From an uncultured Candidatus Rokubacteria bacterium (lineage in GTDB: Bacteria; Methylomirabilota; Methylomirabilia; Rokubacteriales; DASRDR01), in contig CAWDPM010000021.1 of the NCBI GenBank assembly GCA_963804185.1, forward strand, positions 26,119 to 90,118: 64,000 nucleotides of DNA. The letters run 5' to 3'. The notes beneath the pieces are model-generated. The model saw only the letters and a list, made by a program, of their open reading frames with translations, was not told the origin of the DNA and searched no databases. A program made the position numbers and the translations under genes. Shown here piece by piece: positions 1 to 12,283 of this stretch (position 1 is its first letter; each line of letters starts with the position of its first letter).

Positions 1-58
1 CGTGAGCGCCTCTGTAGGATGGGCAGGCTGTGCGCATTGTGCGCACTAGGAGGAAGTC

Positions 59-193
59 GTGAAGCGGACGTTCCAACCGAACCGTCGCCGGCGCGCGAAG
101 ACCCACGGCTTCCGTGCACGCATGGCGACGAAGGGCGGCCGAAGGGTGCTGAAGCGGCGGCGCGCCAAGGGGCGGCGCCGGTTGACGGGCTAG
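59..193 (+). CDS. rpmH: 50S ribosomal protein L34
   Basis: Manual translation from GTG at 59: [44 protein letters not shown]; AGGAGG RBS upstream; precedes rnpA. Confidence 0.97.
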   Translation: MKRTFQPNRRRRAKTHGFRARMATKGGRRVLKRRRAKGRRRLTG

Positions 194-200
194 GGCGGAA

Positions 201-563
201 GTGCCCGGGGCGCCGCCCACGCGGGCAACGCTGCCGCGGGCGGAGCGGTTACGATCCCGGGCCGAGTTTGACCGGCTGTTCCGGCGCGGGGCCCGCGTGG
301 AGGAGCCGGCATTCGTGCTGCTCTGGCGGTACGAGCCCGGACCGCGAGCCGTGGGCTTCGCTGCAGGGCGCCGGCTCGGGGGCAGCGTGGCGCGGAACCG
401 AGCGCGGCGGCGTCTTCGGGAGGCCTACCGGCGACAGCGGGGCGGACTGCCATGGATGGGCGTGCGCCTCTGCTTCATCGCACGCTCGGGTGTCCTGACC
501 ACTCCCTTCCCTCAACTGGTGACCGCGGTGGCCGGCGCCCTGGGGCAGATCGGGCGGCGGTAG
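201..563 (+). CDS. rnpA: Ribonuclease P protein component
   Basis: LPRAERLR..EF start, GGSVARNRARRRLRE (RNR motif), position after rpmH. Confidence 0.93.
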   Translation: MPGAPPTRATLPRAERLRSRAEFDRLFRRGARVEEPAFVLLWRYEPGPRAVGFAAGRRLGGSVARNRARRRLREAYRRQRGGLPWMGVRLCFIARSGVLTTPFPQLVTAVAGALGQIGRR

Positions 564-582
564 CCATAAGATCCTAAAAAAC

Positions 583-2310
583 ATGGAAAAACGCGCACTT
601 ATAGCGATTGCCCTGTCGATCGCCGTTCTCCTCGGCTGGCAGATGTGGTTCGGTGCGTCGGTGGAGTCTCCTGAGCGCGCCCGGCCGTCGGCGCCGAAGG
701 CCGTGCCTGGCTCGGCGCCGACGCCGGCAGGCGGTGGAGCGCTCGTACCGCAGCCGACTCCGCTCCCGCAGGCGCCGGCAGGCAGGGCGCCAGCCGTGGC
801 GGAGGTCCGAACGCCGCTCTACGCGGCGAGCTTTGCGGGCGACGGGAGCGTCACGGCGTGGACTATCGAGTACCGTGGCGCGAAGCGGTTGGTCGTCGAC
901 GGGGCCCTCCGCCCACTCGCCGTCGCCGTCCAGCGGCCAGATCACGCGCCCGAGCTCGTGGCGCTCCTTCCGGAGCGGCCACGGCTGGAGGTCTCCGCAG
1001 GGGAGCCGACCGGGACGCTGACATTCAGTGGGGCGACGGCCGATGGGCTGCGGGTTCGGCGGATCCTCGAGTTCCGAGCGGATTCCTATCGGGTGGGGGC
1101 CAGGTTCGAGGTGCAGGCCGCCGCGGCGAGTCCGGGCCCGGTGGATCTGCTGATGTACTGGACCACGCCGGTCGGGGTGGCCGGGGCAACCCCGGAGCAG
1201 CCCTGGCACACGTTCGGCGAGGGGGCGAACGGCCACCAGATGTTGGGGCGCATCCTCGTTGATCGCCCCGGCACGGACCCTGAGGCCCACGAGGCGCCGA
1301 CGCCGGCGCTGCGGGACCCGAAGGAATCCCCGGAGGGGCCGGGGCTGAAGGACCCGCATCTCGTCCCGGATGGCATGGTCGGAGACGAGGCGCGGTGGGC
1401 GGCGCTGGAGAACGACTACTTCATCGCCGCGCTGATCCGCCGCCCCGGGGGAGCTCTAACGCGCGGACGAGTCCGGGATGTGGCCCACGTAGGTCTGCTC
1501 TTGCGCGGCATTGCCGTCGGCGCCGGGCAGACCTGGGAGGGCGGCGGGGAGCTCTACGTCGGCCCAAAGGAGTGGGAACGCCTTCGCGCGTTGGGCGTGG
1601 GGCTAGAGGCCGCGCAGGCCCGGAACTACGGCCACTTCATGTGGTACCTGTTCCCGATGTGGTGGTTCTGCGTGCCGCTGCTCTGGCTCATGAACTTCTT
1701 TGGCACCTGGCTTCCCGGCCAGAATTACGGCGTGGCGATCATCCTCCTCACGGTGCTCGTCAAGGTCGTCTTCTACCCTCTGTCGCTCAAGAGCATGCGC
1801 TCGATGAAGGCCATGCAGGCACTTCAGCCGCAGCTGAACGCGTTGCGATCCAAGTACAAATCGGACCCCCAGCGATTCCAGCGGGAGCAGATGGAGATGT
1901 TCCGGAAGCACGGTGTAAATCCCATGGGGGGCTGCCTGCCCATGGTCGTGCAGATCCCGATCTTCTATGCCCTTTACCTGACCCTCCAGTACTCGGTGGA
2001 GCTTCAGGGGGCGCCCTTTCTGCTCTGGATCAATGACCTCTCGAAGAAGGACCCGTATTACGTCCTACCCATCCTGATGGGCGTTTCCATGCTGGTGCAG
2101 CAGAAGATGACGCCGACCGTCGGGGATCCCAGGCAAGCGCAGATCATGCTCATCATGCCAGTGGTGTTCACGTTCATGTTCCTCGAGTTCCCCACGGGGC
2201 TGGTCCTCTACTGGCTCGTGAACAACTGCCTGACCATCCTGCAGCAGTACCTGATCGACCGCAGTGCGGCGCCACGAAAGGCGGTCGAGCGCGAAGCCCG
2301 CCGGGCCTGA
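583..2310 (+). CDS. yidC: Membrane protein insertase YidC
   Basis: N-terminal TM, YVGPK, NYGVAIILLT, GGCLPMVVQIPIF, LWINDLS..DPYY motifs. Confidence 0.97.
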   Translation: MEKRALIAIALSIAVLLGWQMWFGASVESPERARPSAPKAVPGSAPTPAGGGALVPQPTPLPQAPAGRAPAVAEVRTPLYAASFAGDGSVTAWTIEYRGAKRLVVDGALRPLAVAVQRPDHAPELVALLPERPRLEVSAGEPTGTLTFSGATADGLRVRRILEFRADSYRVGARFEVQAAAASPGPVDLLMYWTTPVGVAGATPEQPWHTFGEGANGHQMLGRILVDRPGTDPEAHEAPTPALRDPKESPEGPGLKDPHLVPDGMVGDEARWAALENDYFIAALIRRPGGALTRGRVRDVAHVGLLLRGIAVGAGQTWEGGGELYVGPKEWERLRALGVGLEAAQARNYGHFMWYLFPMWWFCVPLLWLMNFFGTWLPGQNYGVAIILLTVLVKVVFYPLSLKSMRSMKAMQALQPQLNALRSKYKSDPQRFQREQMEMFRKHGVNPMGGCLPMVVQIPIFYALYLTLQYSVELQGAPFLLWINDLSKKDPYYVLPILMGVSMLVQQKMTPTVGDPRQAQIMLIMPVVFTFMFLEFPTGLVLYWLVNNCLTILQQYLIDRSAAPRKAVEREARRA

Positions 2311-2314
2311 CCCG

Positions 2315-3034
2315 GTGCGCGGGCCGGAGGGAGACCCCGGTCCCACGATCCGGCAGGCCGCAAAGGCCCTGGACCTCGCGATCCCGGCCAGCTTCGCAGC
2401 TCACGCAGCCACCTACCTGGACGAGTTGGAGCGCTGGCAGCGGGTCGGGGGACTCACGGGCTACCGGGATCGAGGCGCGCGCACGCGGCATCTCCTCCTG
2501 GAGTCGCTGATGCTGCTGTCGGTGGTACCGGCGCCTGCCTCACCCCTGCTCGACATCGGTAGTGGCCCTGGAGTGCCGGGATTGATTCTGAAGCTGGCGC
2601 GTCCGGAGTGGGAGGTTGTCCTGGTCGAGGCGGCGCGCCGACCGGCCAACTTCCTCCGCCACGTTGTTCGCCAGCTGGGTCTCGAGGGCGTCATGGTCCA
2701 CTGGGCGCGGGCCGAAGCCCTGGCCCTGGGCCCGCTGGCGGGTCGCTTCCAGACTGTAACGATGCGGGCAGTAGCGAGCGGGGAGGCAGCCCGGCAGCTC
2801 GCGATCCCGTTCCTCACCTCTGACGGCGCTCTCGTCCGGCCAGTTGGTCCGGGTGAGGCGCCCGTGGGGGAAACCGGGCGAGTGGTGACGCTGAACGTTC
2901 CGGGAGAATTGCCCTGGAGGCGACAGTTTCTTATAATCCGTCGGACGGAACTGGCGCGGGACGTTTCACGTGGAACACGAAGGACAGCGGAGCCGAAGCA
3001 TCGCGGTCGTGAACCAGAAGGGCGGCGTCGGTAA
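2315..3034 (+). CDS. rsmG: 16S rRNA (guanine527-N7) methyltransferase RsmG/GidB; start uncertain
   Basis: HLLLESL, LLDIGSGPGVPG SAM motif, RAE, VTMRAV; upstream of parA. Confidence 0.88.
   Translation: MRGPEGDPGPTIRQAAKALDLAIPASFAAHAATYLDELERWQRVGGLTGYRDRGARTRHLLLESLMLLSVVPAPASPLLDIGSGPGVPGLILKLARPEWEVVLVEAARRPANFLRHVVRQLGLEGVMVHWARAEALALGPLAGRFQTVTMRAVASGEAARQLAIPFLTSDGALVRPVGPGEAPVGETGRVVTLNVPGELPWRRQFLIIRRTELARDVSRGTRRTAEPKHRGREPEGRRR
2962..2977. promoter_or_regulatory. parS centromere site (CGTTTCACGTGGAACA)
   Basis: 14/16 match to TGTTTCACGTGAAACA; lies at the parA start. Confidence 0.88.
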
Positions 3035-3794
3035 GACCACGACGGCCGTCAATCTGGCCAGCGCCCTTGCCGTTGCGGATCAGTCGACGCTCCTGATCGA
3101 TCTCGACCCCCAGGCCAATACGACCGCCGCCCTGTCCGCCGAGATTCGAACAAAGGGCCGGTCGATCTACGAAGTGCTAGCCGAAAACCACCCCGTCGCC
3201 GAGGTCGTGTGCGGCACTGGGATCCCGGGCCTCACGCTGTTGCCAGGCAGCCCCGACCTGGTCGGGGCGGAGATCGACCTCGTGGCCGCCCCAGGCCGTG
3301 AGAGCCGGCTCCGCGCGGTGCTGGACCCGGTGCGTGCACGGTTCCGGTACGTCCTCATTGACTGCCCCCCGTCCCTGGGACTCCTGACACTCAATGCGCT
3401 GGTCGCGGCGGACGGTGTCCTAATTCCGCTTCAGTGCGAGTATTTTGGGCTTGAAGGATTGGCCCAGCTGGTCCGGACGCTCGACACCGTCCGCCTTCGG
3501 GTGAATCCCGCGCTGGAGATCGAGGGGATTGTATTCACGCTCTTCGACCACCGGACCACGCTCACCGCCCAGGTGCGCGCGGAGGTCGAGCGGTACTTCA
3601 AGGGTCAGGTCTTCACGACGGTGATTCCGCGCAACGTCCGGCTCTCGGAGGCCCCGAGCCATGGGCGATCGATCCTCCAGTACGATCTGCGGTCCCCTGG
3701 AGCCATCGCATATCTCGATCTCGCGAAGGAGGTCATGGGACGTGATGAAGCGCGCACTCGGGCGGGGTCTGGGCTCCCTCCTGCCACCCGCTGA
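2970..3794 (+). CDS. parA: Chromosome partitioning ATPase ParA/Soj
   Basis: NQKGGVGKTTT deviant Walker A, DLDPQAN, IDCPPSLG, IPRNVRLSEAPSHG. Confidence 0.96.
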   Translation: MEHEGQRSRSIAVVNQKGGVGKTTTAVNLASALAVADQSTLLIDLDPQANTTAALSAEIRTKGRSIYEVLAENHPVAEVVCGTGIPGLTLLPGSPDLVGAEIDLVAAPGRESRLRAVLDPVRARFRYVLIDCPPSLGLLTLNALVAADGVLIPLQCEYFGLEGLAQLVRTLDTVRLRVNPALEIEGIVFTLFDHRTTLTAQVRAEVERYFKGQVFTTVIPRNVRLSEAPSHGRSILQYDLRSPGAIAYLDLAKEVMGRDEARTRAGSGLPPATR

Positions 3795-4647
3795 GGCCGA
3801 GGAGGGAGGGCGGCTTCGAGACCTTCCCGTCGAGAGCCTGGTCCCGAACCCGCAGCAGCCGCGAAAGAGCTTCGATCCCCAGGCCCTCGACGAGCTGGCC
3901 GCTTCGATCCGGTCTTCCGGCCTCCTTCAACCTCTGGTCGTCAGGCCTCGAGGCAGCCAGTACGAGATCCTCGTCGGGGAGCGCCGCTGGCGGGCAGCCC
4001 AGCAGGCGGGCCTTGCCCGCGTGCCGGCCATCGTGCGCGAGGCCACCGATGCAGAGGCACTAGAGCTTGGCCTCGTCGAGAATCTTCTCCGGGAGGACCT
4101 GAATCCGGTCGAAGCGGCGCAGGCCTATCAGCGGCTGCTCGCGGAATTTGGGTGGACGCAGGAGGAGCTGGCGCGCCGGCTCGGGAAGGACCGGTCCTCA
4201 ATCGCGAATGCGCTTCGGCTGCTCCGCCTCCCCGAGGTAATCCAGGAGGATCTCCGGTCGGGCCGCTTGACGATGGGCCACGCGCGGGCGCTGCTGGGGC
4301 TCCCATCGCCTGCGGCACAGCTCCGCCTGCGAGAGCGCATTCTCGCGCAGGACTGGTCGGTCCGCGCGACTGAGGCGGGCGTGCAGGCGCGACGTCCGGG
4401 CCGGGGCAAGCCCAGACGGCGAGCCCCGGATGTCGAGGCGATCGAGGAGGAGCTGCGCCAGGCGCTCGGCACCCGTGTCCGGGTGGTGGGCACCCTGGGA
4501 CGTGGTCGGATCGAGCTTCCCTACAGCTCTCCGGAGGAGCTCGACCGCATCCATGGTCGCCTCACCGGTGGCCCGCCGGCTGCCGTACCGGGGCGTAGCG
4601 GCGTCTCCCCCACCGACCCACTATCAGCGAACAGTACCCTAGAATAA
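3745..4647 (+). CDS. parB: Chromosome partitioning protein ParB/Spo0J
   Basis: MKRALGRGL, PNPQQPRK, GERRWRAA arginine patch, HTH region. Confidence 0.96.
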   Translation: MKRALGRGLGSLLPPAEAEEGGRLRDLPVESLVPNPQQPRKSFDPQALDELAASIRSSGLLQPLVVRPRGSQYEILVGERRWRAAQQAGLARVPAIVREATDAEALELGLVENLLREDLNPVEAAQAYQRLLAEFGWTQEELARRLGKDRSSIANALRLLRLPEVIQEDLRSGRLTMGHARALLGLPSPAAQLRLRERILAQDWSVRATEAGVQARRPGRGKPRRRAPDVEAIEEELRQALGTRVRVVGTLGRGRIELPYSSPEELDRIHGRLTGGPPAAVPGRSGVSPTDPLSANSTLE

Positions 4648-4660
4648 GTATTTAAATAGA

Positions 4661-5743
4661 GTGTCTACTATTGTCGTGGGTTTGAGTGGCGGGGTCGATA
4701 GCTCCGTGGCCGCCGCGCTGCTCCGGGAAGCGGGTCATGAAGTGGTGGGGATCACCCTGCGCACGGCACCCTGGGAGGAGCCCGAGGAGGCATCCATCCG
4801 GTTCGGGTCCTGCTGCTCTCCCACCACCGCCGGCGCAGCGCGGCAGGTGGCGCGACGCCTCGGGATTCCCTACTTCCTCCTGAACCACGAGCGGGAGTTC
4901 GGGGACCGCGTCATCGAAGACTTCACCCGAGAGTACGGCGCGGGCCGGACGCCGAGCCCCTGCGTCGTATGCAACCGCGAGATCAAGTTCGGGACGCTGC
5001 TCCAGCGCGCACTCGCCTGGGAGGCGGACGCGGTGGCGACGGGGCACTACGCCCGCGTGGCCCCGGACCCGAGGACGGGACGGGTGTGCCTCCTGACCGC
5101 GCGCGATCTCATGAAGGACCAGAGCTACTTCCTCTGGCCGCTGTCCCAGGCGCAGCTCGCGAGGGCTCGCTTTCCGGTCGGAGGTCTCAGCAAGCCCGAG
5201 GTCCGGGCGCGGGCGCATGCGCGAGGGCTCGCTACCGCAGCCACTCCTGAAAGCCAGGAGCTCTGCTTCGTGAACGGAGACTACCGCGCGTTCCTGCGCG
5301 CGCGGATGCCCGAAGCGTTCCGCCCGGGGCCGATCCTGGACGAGGCGGGTCACGAGCTCGGCGGGCATGGGGGTCTCGGCGGGTATACGGTGGGCCAGCG
5401 TCGCGGCCTCGGGCGGCTCGGGTCCGCGCCGGCCTACGTGTTGCGGCTCGATCCCTCGCGTAATGCCCTCGTGGTGGGTCCCCGGGAAGCCCTGCGGGCC
5501 ACCCGGCTTGTCGCGGAGCAGGTGAACTGGATCGCGCTGCCGTCCCTTGTTGCGCCTCTCGAGGTCGAGGCGCGGGTGCGGCATCGGGCGCCATGCGTTG
5601 CGGCGCGCGTCCGACCGCTGGACGCCGAGCGCGTCGAGGTGACGCTCCGCGAACCGCAGTACGCGCTCACGCCGGGCCAGTCCGTCGTCTTCTACCGCGG
5701 CGAGGTGGTCGTCGGGGGCGGCGTGATCGCGAGCGCCGCTTGA
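4661..5743 (+). CDS. mnmA: tRNA 2-thiouridylase MnmA
   Basis: SGGVDSS PP-loop, TPSPCVVCNREIKF, ATGHYA, KDQSYFL, TVGQRRGLG, TPGQ. Confidence 0.96.
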   Translation: MSTIVVGLSGGVDSSVAAALLREAGHEVVGITLRTAPWEEPEEASIRFGSCCSPTTAGAARQVARRLGIPYFLLNHEREFGDRVIEDFTREYGAGRTPSPCVVCNREIKFGTLLQRALAWEADAVATGHYARVAPDPRTGRVCLLTARDLMKDQSYFLWPLSQAQLARARFPVGGLSKPEVRARAHARGLATAATPESQELCFVNGDYRAFLRARMPEAFRPGPILDEAGHELGGHGGLGGYTVGQRRGLGRLGSAPAYVLRLDPSRNALVVGPREALRATRLVAEQVNWIALPSLVAPLEVEARVRHRAPCVAARVRPLDAERVEVTLREPQYALTPGQSVVFYRGEVVVGGGVIASAA

Positions 5744-5825
5744 CACCCTTCCGAGCGGCGTGGTATCCCCTAGGGGGCTGCTTGCCCCTTTTTTCACAAC
5801 GTCCCCCGCCCCCGCGAGGCTAGAC

Positions 5826-6440
5826 ATGACACGGAACCGGTTGGTGGTGGGTCTGCCCGTCGACGTCGGGGCACTGTGCGCGCTGGCGCTCCTCCTGGCC
5901 GTGACGTCGCTCGGCGTCCCCGGGCTGGCGCATGCGGCCGAGGGGGGTGGTGGGAGCCTGATCGAGGTGAACTGGACGCTCGGGGTCCAGCTCATCAGCT
6001 TCCTCCTGCTGCTGGCCGTGCTCTACAAGCTTCTGTATCGCCCCCTGCTCGGTGCGCTCGAAGGGCGGAGCGCGGCCATCGCGCAGCAGCTCGCCGAGGC
6101 GCAGGCCGCGCGCGAGACGGCGCAGCGTGAGCTGGGCGCCATGGAAGCGCGGATCCGGGCCGCCCACGCGGACGCTCAGGCCCTGCGCGAGCGCGCCCTG
6201 CGCGAAGCCGGCGAGCTCCGTGAGCGGCTCAGCGCCGACGCGCGACAGGAGGCCGCGCGGCTGGTCGAGGCGGCGCAGGCCCAGGTCGGGCAGGAGGTCC
6301 GGCGCGCGCGGGCCGAGCTCCGGACCGAGGTGGGCGTGCTCGCCACGCAGATTGCCGAGCGGCTGATCCGCAAGAGCCTCACCGACGACGATCACCAGCG
6401 GCTGGTCCGCGAGGCGCTGGCACGGATCGGGCCGGCGTGA
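5826..6440 (+). CDS. atpF: ATP synthase F0 subunit b
   Basis: TM helix [19 protein letters not shown] followed by coiled coil; upstream of atpH. Confidence 0.9.
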   Translation: MTRNRLVVGLPVDVGALCALALLLAVTSLGVPGLAHAAEGGGGSLIEVNWTLGVQLISFLLLLAVLYKLLYRPLLGALEGRSAAIAQQLAEAQAARETAQRELGAMEARIRAAHADAQALRERALREAGELRERLSADARQEAARLVEAAQAQVGQEVRRARAELRTEVGVLATQIAERLIRKSLTDDDHQRLVREALARIGPA

Positions 6441-6997
6441 AGCGGGACGCGGCCGTCGCGCGGCGCTACGCACGGGCGCTCCACGCGCTCGCCAGCGAGG
6501 CGCGCCGGGCGGAGGCGGTGACGGACGAGCTGGCGGCGTTCGACGAGCTCCTCTCCGCCGAGCCGGTGCTGCGGGAGGCGCTTCTCCGGCCGTGGGTGAA
6601 GGCGGCGACCAAGCGCGGCATCGTGCTCGAGGTGGCAGGCCGCCTCGGCGTCTCTCCGCTCACGCGGAACTTCCTGGCGCTTGTCGCACAGCGTCGCCGA
6701 CTCGACCTCCTGGGCGAGATTCTCGCGGCCTACCGGACGAGCGTCGACGAGGCCGCCGGGCGCAGCCGCGCTCGGGTGCGGAGCGCCGCGCCCCTGGCGG
6801 ACGCCGAGCAGGCGGCCTTGCGCGAGCACCTCGGCCGCCGCCTAGGCGGGACGGTCCTGCTGGACACAGAGGTCGACCCGAACCTCCTCGGCGGCTTCGT
6901 TGCCGAGGTTGGCAGCCGGGTCTTGGACATGAGCGTCGCGGGTCAGCTGGGGGTCCTCAGAGAGCGGATCATCAAGGGAGCGGGGGGAGCTGCATGA
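6437..6997 (+). CDS. atpH: ATP synthase F1 delta subunit
   Basis: [26 protein letters not shown]. Confidence 0.94.
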   Translation: MKRDAAVARRYARALHALASEARRAEAVTDELAAFDELLSAEPVLREALLRPWVKAATKRGIVLEVAGRLGVSPLTRNFLALVAQRRRLDLLGEILAAYRTSVDEAAGRSRARVRSAAPLADAEQAALREHLGRRLGGTVLLDTEVDPNLLGGFVAEVGSRVLDMSVAGQLGVLRERIIKGAGGAA

Positions 6998-8520
6998 TCA
7001 AGGCCGGGGAGATCAGCGAGATCATCCGACGCCAGATCCAGGAGTTCGAGGGTGAGACCGATCTCACGGAGATCGGGCGGGTGATCGAGGTCGGGGACGG
7101 GATCGCCCGCGTCTACGGGCTCGAGCGGGCGATGGCGGGCGAGCTGCTCACGTTCCCCGAGGACATCGTCGGGATGGTGCTAAACCTCGAGGAGGACAAC
7201 GTCGGCGCGGTGCTCCTCGGCGAGGATCGCGCGATCCGCGAGGGCGACGTCGTGAAGCGGAGCGGGCGCATCGCGCAGGTGCCGGTGGGCGAGCCCCTCG
7301 TGGGGCGCGTGGTCAATGCCCTCGGCCAGCCCATCGACGGCAAGGGGCCGATCGACTCCAAGGAGTTCCGCCCGATCGAGCGGTACGCGCCGGGCGTGGT
7401 CGACCGCCGTCCCGTGAAGGAGCCCCTGCAGACGGGCATCAAGGCGATCGACGCCATGATCCCCATCGGGCGCGGTCAGCGGGAGCTGATCATCGGCGAC
7501 CGCCAGACCGGGAAGACGGCCATCGCGGTCGACACGATTCTCAACCAGAAGGGCCAGGGCGTGTACTGCTTCTACGTCGCCGTGGGACAGAAGCGGTCGA
7601 CCGTGGCGCAGGTCGTGCGGGTCTTCGAGGACAGCGGTGCCATGGCGTACACGACGGTCGTCGCGGCCACCGCCTCCGATCCGGCGCCCCTCCAGTACAT
7701 CGCGCCGTACGCCGGCGTCACGATGGGAGAGTACTTCCGCGACTCCAAGCGCCACGCGCTGTGCATCTACGACGACCTCTCCAAGCACGCGCAGGCGTAC
7801 CGCCAGCTCTCGCTGCTGCTCCGTCGTCCCCCCGGCCGCGAGGCGTACCCGGGCGACGTCTTCTACCTGCACTCGCGGCTTCTCGAGCGCGCGGCGAAGC
7901 TCAACGACGAGCTGGGCGGAGGATCGCTCACCGCGCTCCCGATCATCGAGACGCAGCTCGGCGACGTGTCCGCCTACATCCCGACCAACGTCATCTCCAT
8001 CACCGACGGGCAGATCTACCTGGAAACGGACCTCTTCTACGCCGGCATCCGGCCGGCGGTGAACGTCGGCCTCTCCGTCTCGCGGGTGGGCGGGTCCGCG
8101 CAGGTGAAGGCGATGCGCCAGGTGGCCGGGAAGCTCCGCCTGGACCTCGCTCAGTACCGGGAGCTGGCCGCCTTCGCCCAGTTCGGCTCGGAGCTCGACA
8201 AGGCGACCCAGCAGCAGCTGTCGCGCGGCCAGCGGATGGTCGAGGTCCTCAAGCAGGGCCAGTACGCCCCGTTGCCGGTCGAGAAGCAGATCCTCGTCAT
8301 CTACGCCGGCACCCAGGGTCACCTGGACGACGTCCCGGTCGACGCCCTGCGCACGTTCGAGGAGGCGCTCTACCAGTACGCTGACAGTCGCGGCGGCGCC
8401 GCGCTCGCCGAGATCCGCGAGAAGAAGGAGCTGTCCGATGCGCTCCGTCCGCAGATCGACGAGCTGATCGCCGGCGCGAAGGCCGAGTTCATGGCGTCTC
8501 GGGGCGCCGCCGCCGCGTAG
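6994..8520 (+). CDS. atpA: ATP synthase F1 alpha subunit
   Basis: [32 protein letters not shown]. Confidence 0.98.
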   Translation: MIKAGEISEIIRRQIQEFEGETDLTEIGRVIEVGDGIARVYGLERAMAGELLTFPEDIVGMVLNLEEDNVGAVLLGEDRAIREGDVVKRSGRIAQVPVGEPLVGRVVNALGQPIDGKGPIDSKEFRPIERYAPGVVDRRPVKEPLQTGIKAIDAMIPIGRGQRELIIGDRQTGKTAIAVDTILNQKGQGVYCFYVAVGQKRSTVAQVVRVFEDSGAMAYTTVVAATASDPAPLQYIAPYAGVTMGEYFRDSKRHALCIYDDLSKHAQAYRQLSLLLRRPPGREAYPGDVFYLHSRLLERAAKLNDELGGGSLTALPIIETQLGDVSAYIPTNVISITDGQIYLETDLFYAGIRPAVNVGLSVSRVGGSAQVKAMRQVAGKLRLDLAQYRELAAFAQFGSELDKATQQQLSRGQRMVEVLKQGQYAPLPVEKQILVIYAGTQGHLDDVPVDALRTFEEALYQYADSRGGAALAEIREKKELSDALRPQIDELIAGAKAEFMASRGAAAA

Positions 8521-8541
8521 GAACGGGCACCGGCCCGACCG

Positions 8542-9424
8542 ATGGCGACGCTCCAGGACATCCGGCGGCGGATCCGTTCCGTCCAGTCCACCCAGAAGAT
8601 CACCCGCGCGATGAAGCTCGTCGCGGCCGCGAAGCTCCGACGCGCCCAGGAGCGGATCCTCGAGGCCCGGCCCTACGCCTTCCGGATGGCCGACTTGGTG
8701 AGCGCCCTCGTGCGGGGGCTGGGCGAGGACAAGCATCCGCTCCTGGTCCGGCGCGAGGGGCCCCGGAAGCTCTACGTCGTGGTGACCGCCGACAAGGGCC
8801 TGTGCGGCGCGTTCAACTCGAACATCGCGCGGCGCGCAGTCGAGCTCTTGCGCGGCGACGCGGACGGGAACGCCGCCGTCCTGACCGTGGGGCGCAAGGC
8901 GCGCGACTTCTTCCGCCGTCGGCCGTGGCCGCTGCGCGGCGAGCGGATCGGGTTCCTCGACCGCCTGGCGTTCGCGGATGTGCGCACGCTCGCGGGCGAG
9001 CTCATGCGGGCGTACCTGGCCGACGAGGTCGACGAGGTCTGGCTCGTGTTCAACGAGTTCCGATCGGTGGCGGTGCAACGGGTCGCCGTGGAGCGGCTCC
9101 TGCCGATCGAGCCGCCCGCGCGCGGCCGAGCCCGGGGCCGAGGGGCCGGCGGTCGACTACATCTACGAGCCCGACCCGGCGACCATCCTCGCCGCGCTGC
9201 TGCCGCGCCACGTGGAGGTGCAGGTCTACCGGGCGCTCCTCGAGTCGGCGGCCGGCGAGCAGGGCGCGCGCATGACGGCGATGGAGGCGGCGAGCAAGAA
9301 CGCCCAGGAGATGATCGGGCTCCTGACCATCCAGTACAACAAGGCGCGGCAGGAGCGGATCACCAAGGAGCTGCTCGACATCGTCGGGGGCGCCGAGGCC
9401 CTACGGGCCAGCGCGGAAGGCTGA
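8542..9424 (+). CDS. atpG: ATP synthase F1 gamma subunit (frameshift near 9120, probably a sequencing error)
   Basis: N-term [19 protein letters not shown] in one frame; C-term [29 protein letters not shown] in another. Confidence 0.93.
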
Positions 9425-9519
9425 CAGAGGTGCACGGATCACGTCGCCGCCGCGCTGGGACGCAGTGCGGTGGGGGGGCCTGGGGGAGGAGCGGCGCCGC
9501 TTCCCCCCGGAACGATTGA

Positions 9520-10947
<1,428 letters not shown>

Positions 10948-10963
10948 CGGGCAGGCGGCGGGG

Positions 10964-11389
10964 ATGGCGGACCGGCTCCGGCTCGAGGTGGCGACCCCGA
11001 TGCGACTGGTCGTGTCGGGCGAGGCCGACGAGGTCGTGGTCCCGGGCGTGGAAGGCTCGTTCGGCGTCCTCCCGGGGCACGCGCCGCTCCTGAGCCTCGT
11101 GGGAATCGGGGAGGTGATGTACCGAACCGGGCGCGAGGAGCACCACCTCGCGGTGAGCGGCGGGTTCGCCGAGGTCGGGTCCGGACCACGTGACGATCCT
11201 GACCGAGACGGCCGAGCGGCCCGAGGAGATCGACCTCGACCGGGCGCGCGCCGCACGCGGGACGCGCGGAGCAGCGGCTTCGGCTCCACGGCAGTGCGAG
11301 GAGACCGACGTGACGCGGGCGCTCTCCGCGCTCTGCCCGGGCGCAGGGCGCGGCTCCAGACCGCGGGCCGGCGGCCCGGCGGGGCGTGA
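10964..11389 (+). CDS. atpC: ATP synthase F1 epsilon subunit (frameshifted, probably sequencing errors)
   Basis: LEVATP, GSFGVLPGHAPL, AVSGGFAEV, then VTILTETAERPEEID in a shifted frame. Confidence 0.88.
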   Translation: MADRLRLEVATPMRLVVSGEADEVVVPGVEGSFGVLPGHAPLLSLVGIGEVMYRTGREEHHLAVSGGFAEVGSGPRDDPDRDGRAARGDRPRPGARRTRDARSSGFGSTAVRGDRRDAGALRALPGRRARLQTAGRRPGGA

Positions 11390-11508
11390 CGAGGGCGCGC
11401 GGCTCCGGGGCGAAGGGAGCCGCGCAGCGGGCCGCGCGTGGCGGACCCTCTGCCTTGACACCCCTCGCGGGCGCTGGGTAGGCTCAAGCGGGGGTTGCGG
11501 GCGCCGAC

Positions 11509-12003
11509 ATGGGACAGCCTGGACTCGTGCGGGTCTGCCTCCGCGACAAGCAGCGCCGGGTGAGCGGGCTCGCGCGGCCGTGGCGCGTACCCGCGCTCAT
11601 CGGGGCACTCGAGGCCGATCCCGAGACGATCTCCGATCTCCTCGTGGCCGTCCAGCGGTTCTTCTTCGGGCATCCCTTCGCGAGCACCAGCTACGACGGA
11701 CTGTTCGGCGCCCTCCGGCGCGCGCGCTTCGATCGCCGGTATACGGAGGCAGTGGCCAGCCACGGGACCGCGCTGTTCGACCTTGAGGCGCGCCGGATCC
11801 GGGTGGACGTGCGGGGCATCGGCTGGCGCCGGGAAGGCTGGCTCTACTATCACGACGGCGAGGCCTTCACGCGTCGGCGCGTGGCGTATCGGGTCCCGGA
11901 GTCCTGGCTGCTCGAGGGTGCGCCGGCGGATCAGGCTCCCCTGGTCGCGTGGAACGACGGGGGGCCCGAGCCGTTCGAGCACCTTATCGGCGGGGGGGAC
12001 TAG
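11509..12003 (+). CDS. Hypothetical protein
   Basis: 164-aa ORF with protein-like composition, co-oriented between atpC and the DUF507 genes. Confidence 0.6.
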   Translation: MGQPGLVRVCLRDKQRRVSGLARPWRVPALIGALEADPETISDLLVAVQRFFFGHPFASTSYDGLFGALRRARFDRRYTEAVASHGTALFDLEARRIRVDVRGIGWRREGWLYYHDGEAFTRRRVAYRVPESWLLEGAPADQAPLVAWNDGGPEPFEHLIGGGD

Positions 12004-12004
12004 C

Positions 12005-12283
12005 GTGCGGGGCCGGGAAGAGATCGCCAGCCGCATCGGGGACGTGATCGCCAAGCGCCTCGTCGGGCGTCGCTTCATCGAAGCGAAGGACGAGGCGCGG
12101 GTGCGGCAGGCGATCCAGCGCGTGATCGTGGACAATCTCGTGGCCGAGGAGCAGCTGGACGTCGAAGCTCGTCGGATCCTGCAGGGCTACGCGCGGGACA
12201 TCCGCGATCAGGGCCTGGACTACCGGCAGCTCTTCGCCAAGACCCGGGAGAAGCTCGCCCGGGACCGGGGATTCGTGCTGTGA
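12005..12283 (+). CDS. DUF507 family protein
   Basis: EEQLDVEARRIL...DYRQLFAKTREKLARDRGFVL pattern. Confidence 0.75.
   Translation: MRGREEIASRIGDVIAKRLVGRRFIEAKDEARVRQAIQRVIVDNLVAEEQLDVEARRILQGYARDIRDQGLDYRQLFAKTREKLARDRGFVL

Noticed and set aside
9440-9512. G/C-run hairpin between atpG and atpD as a REP family or riboswitch
   Set aside because: No clear second copy in the window and no recognisable RNA motif.
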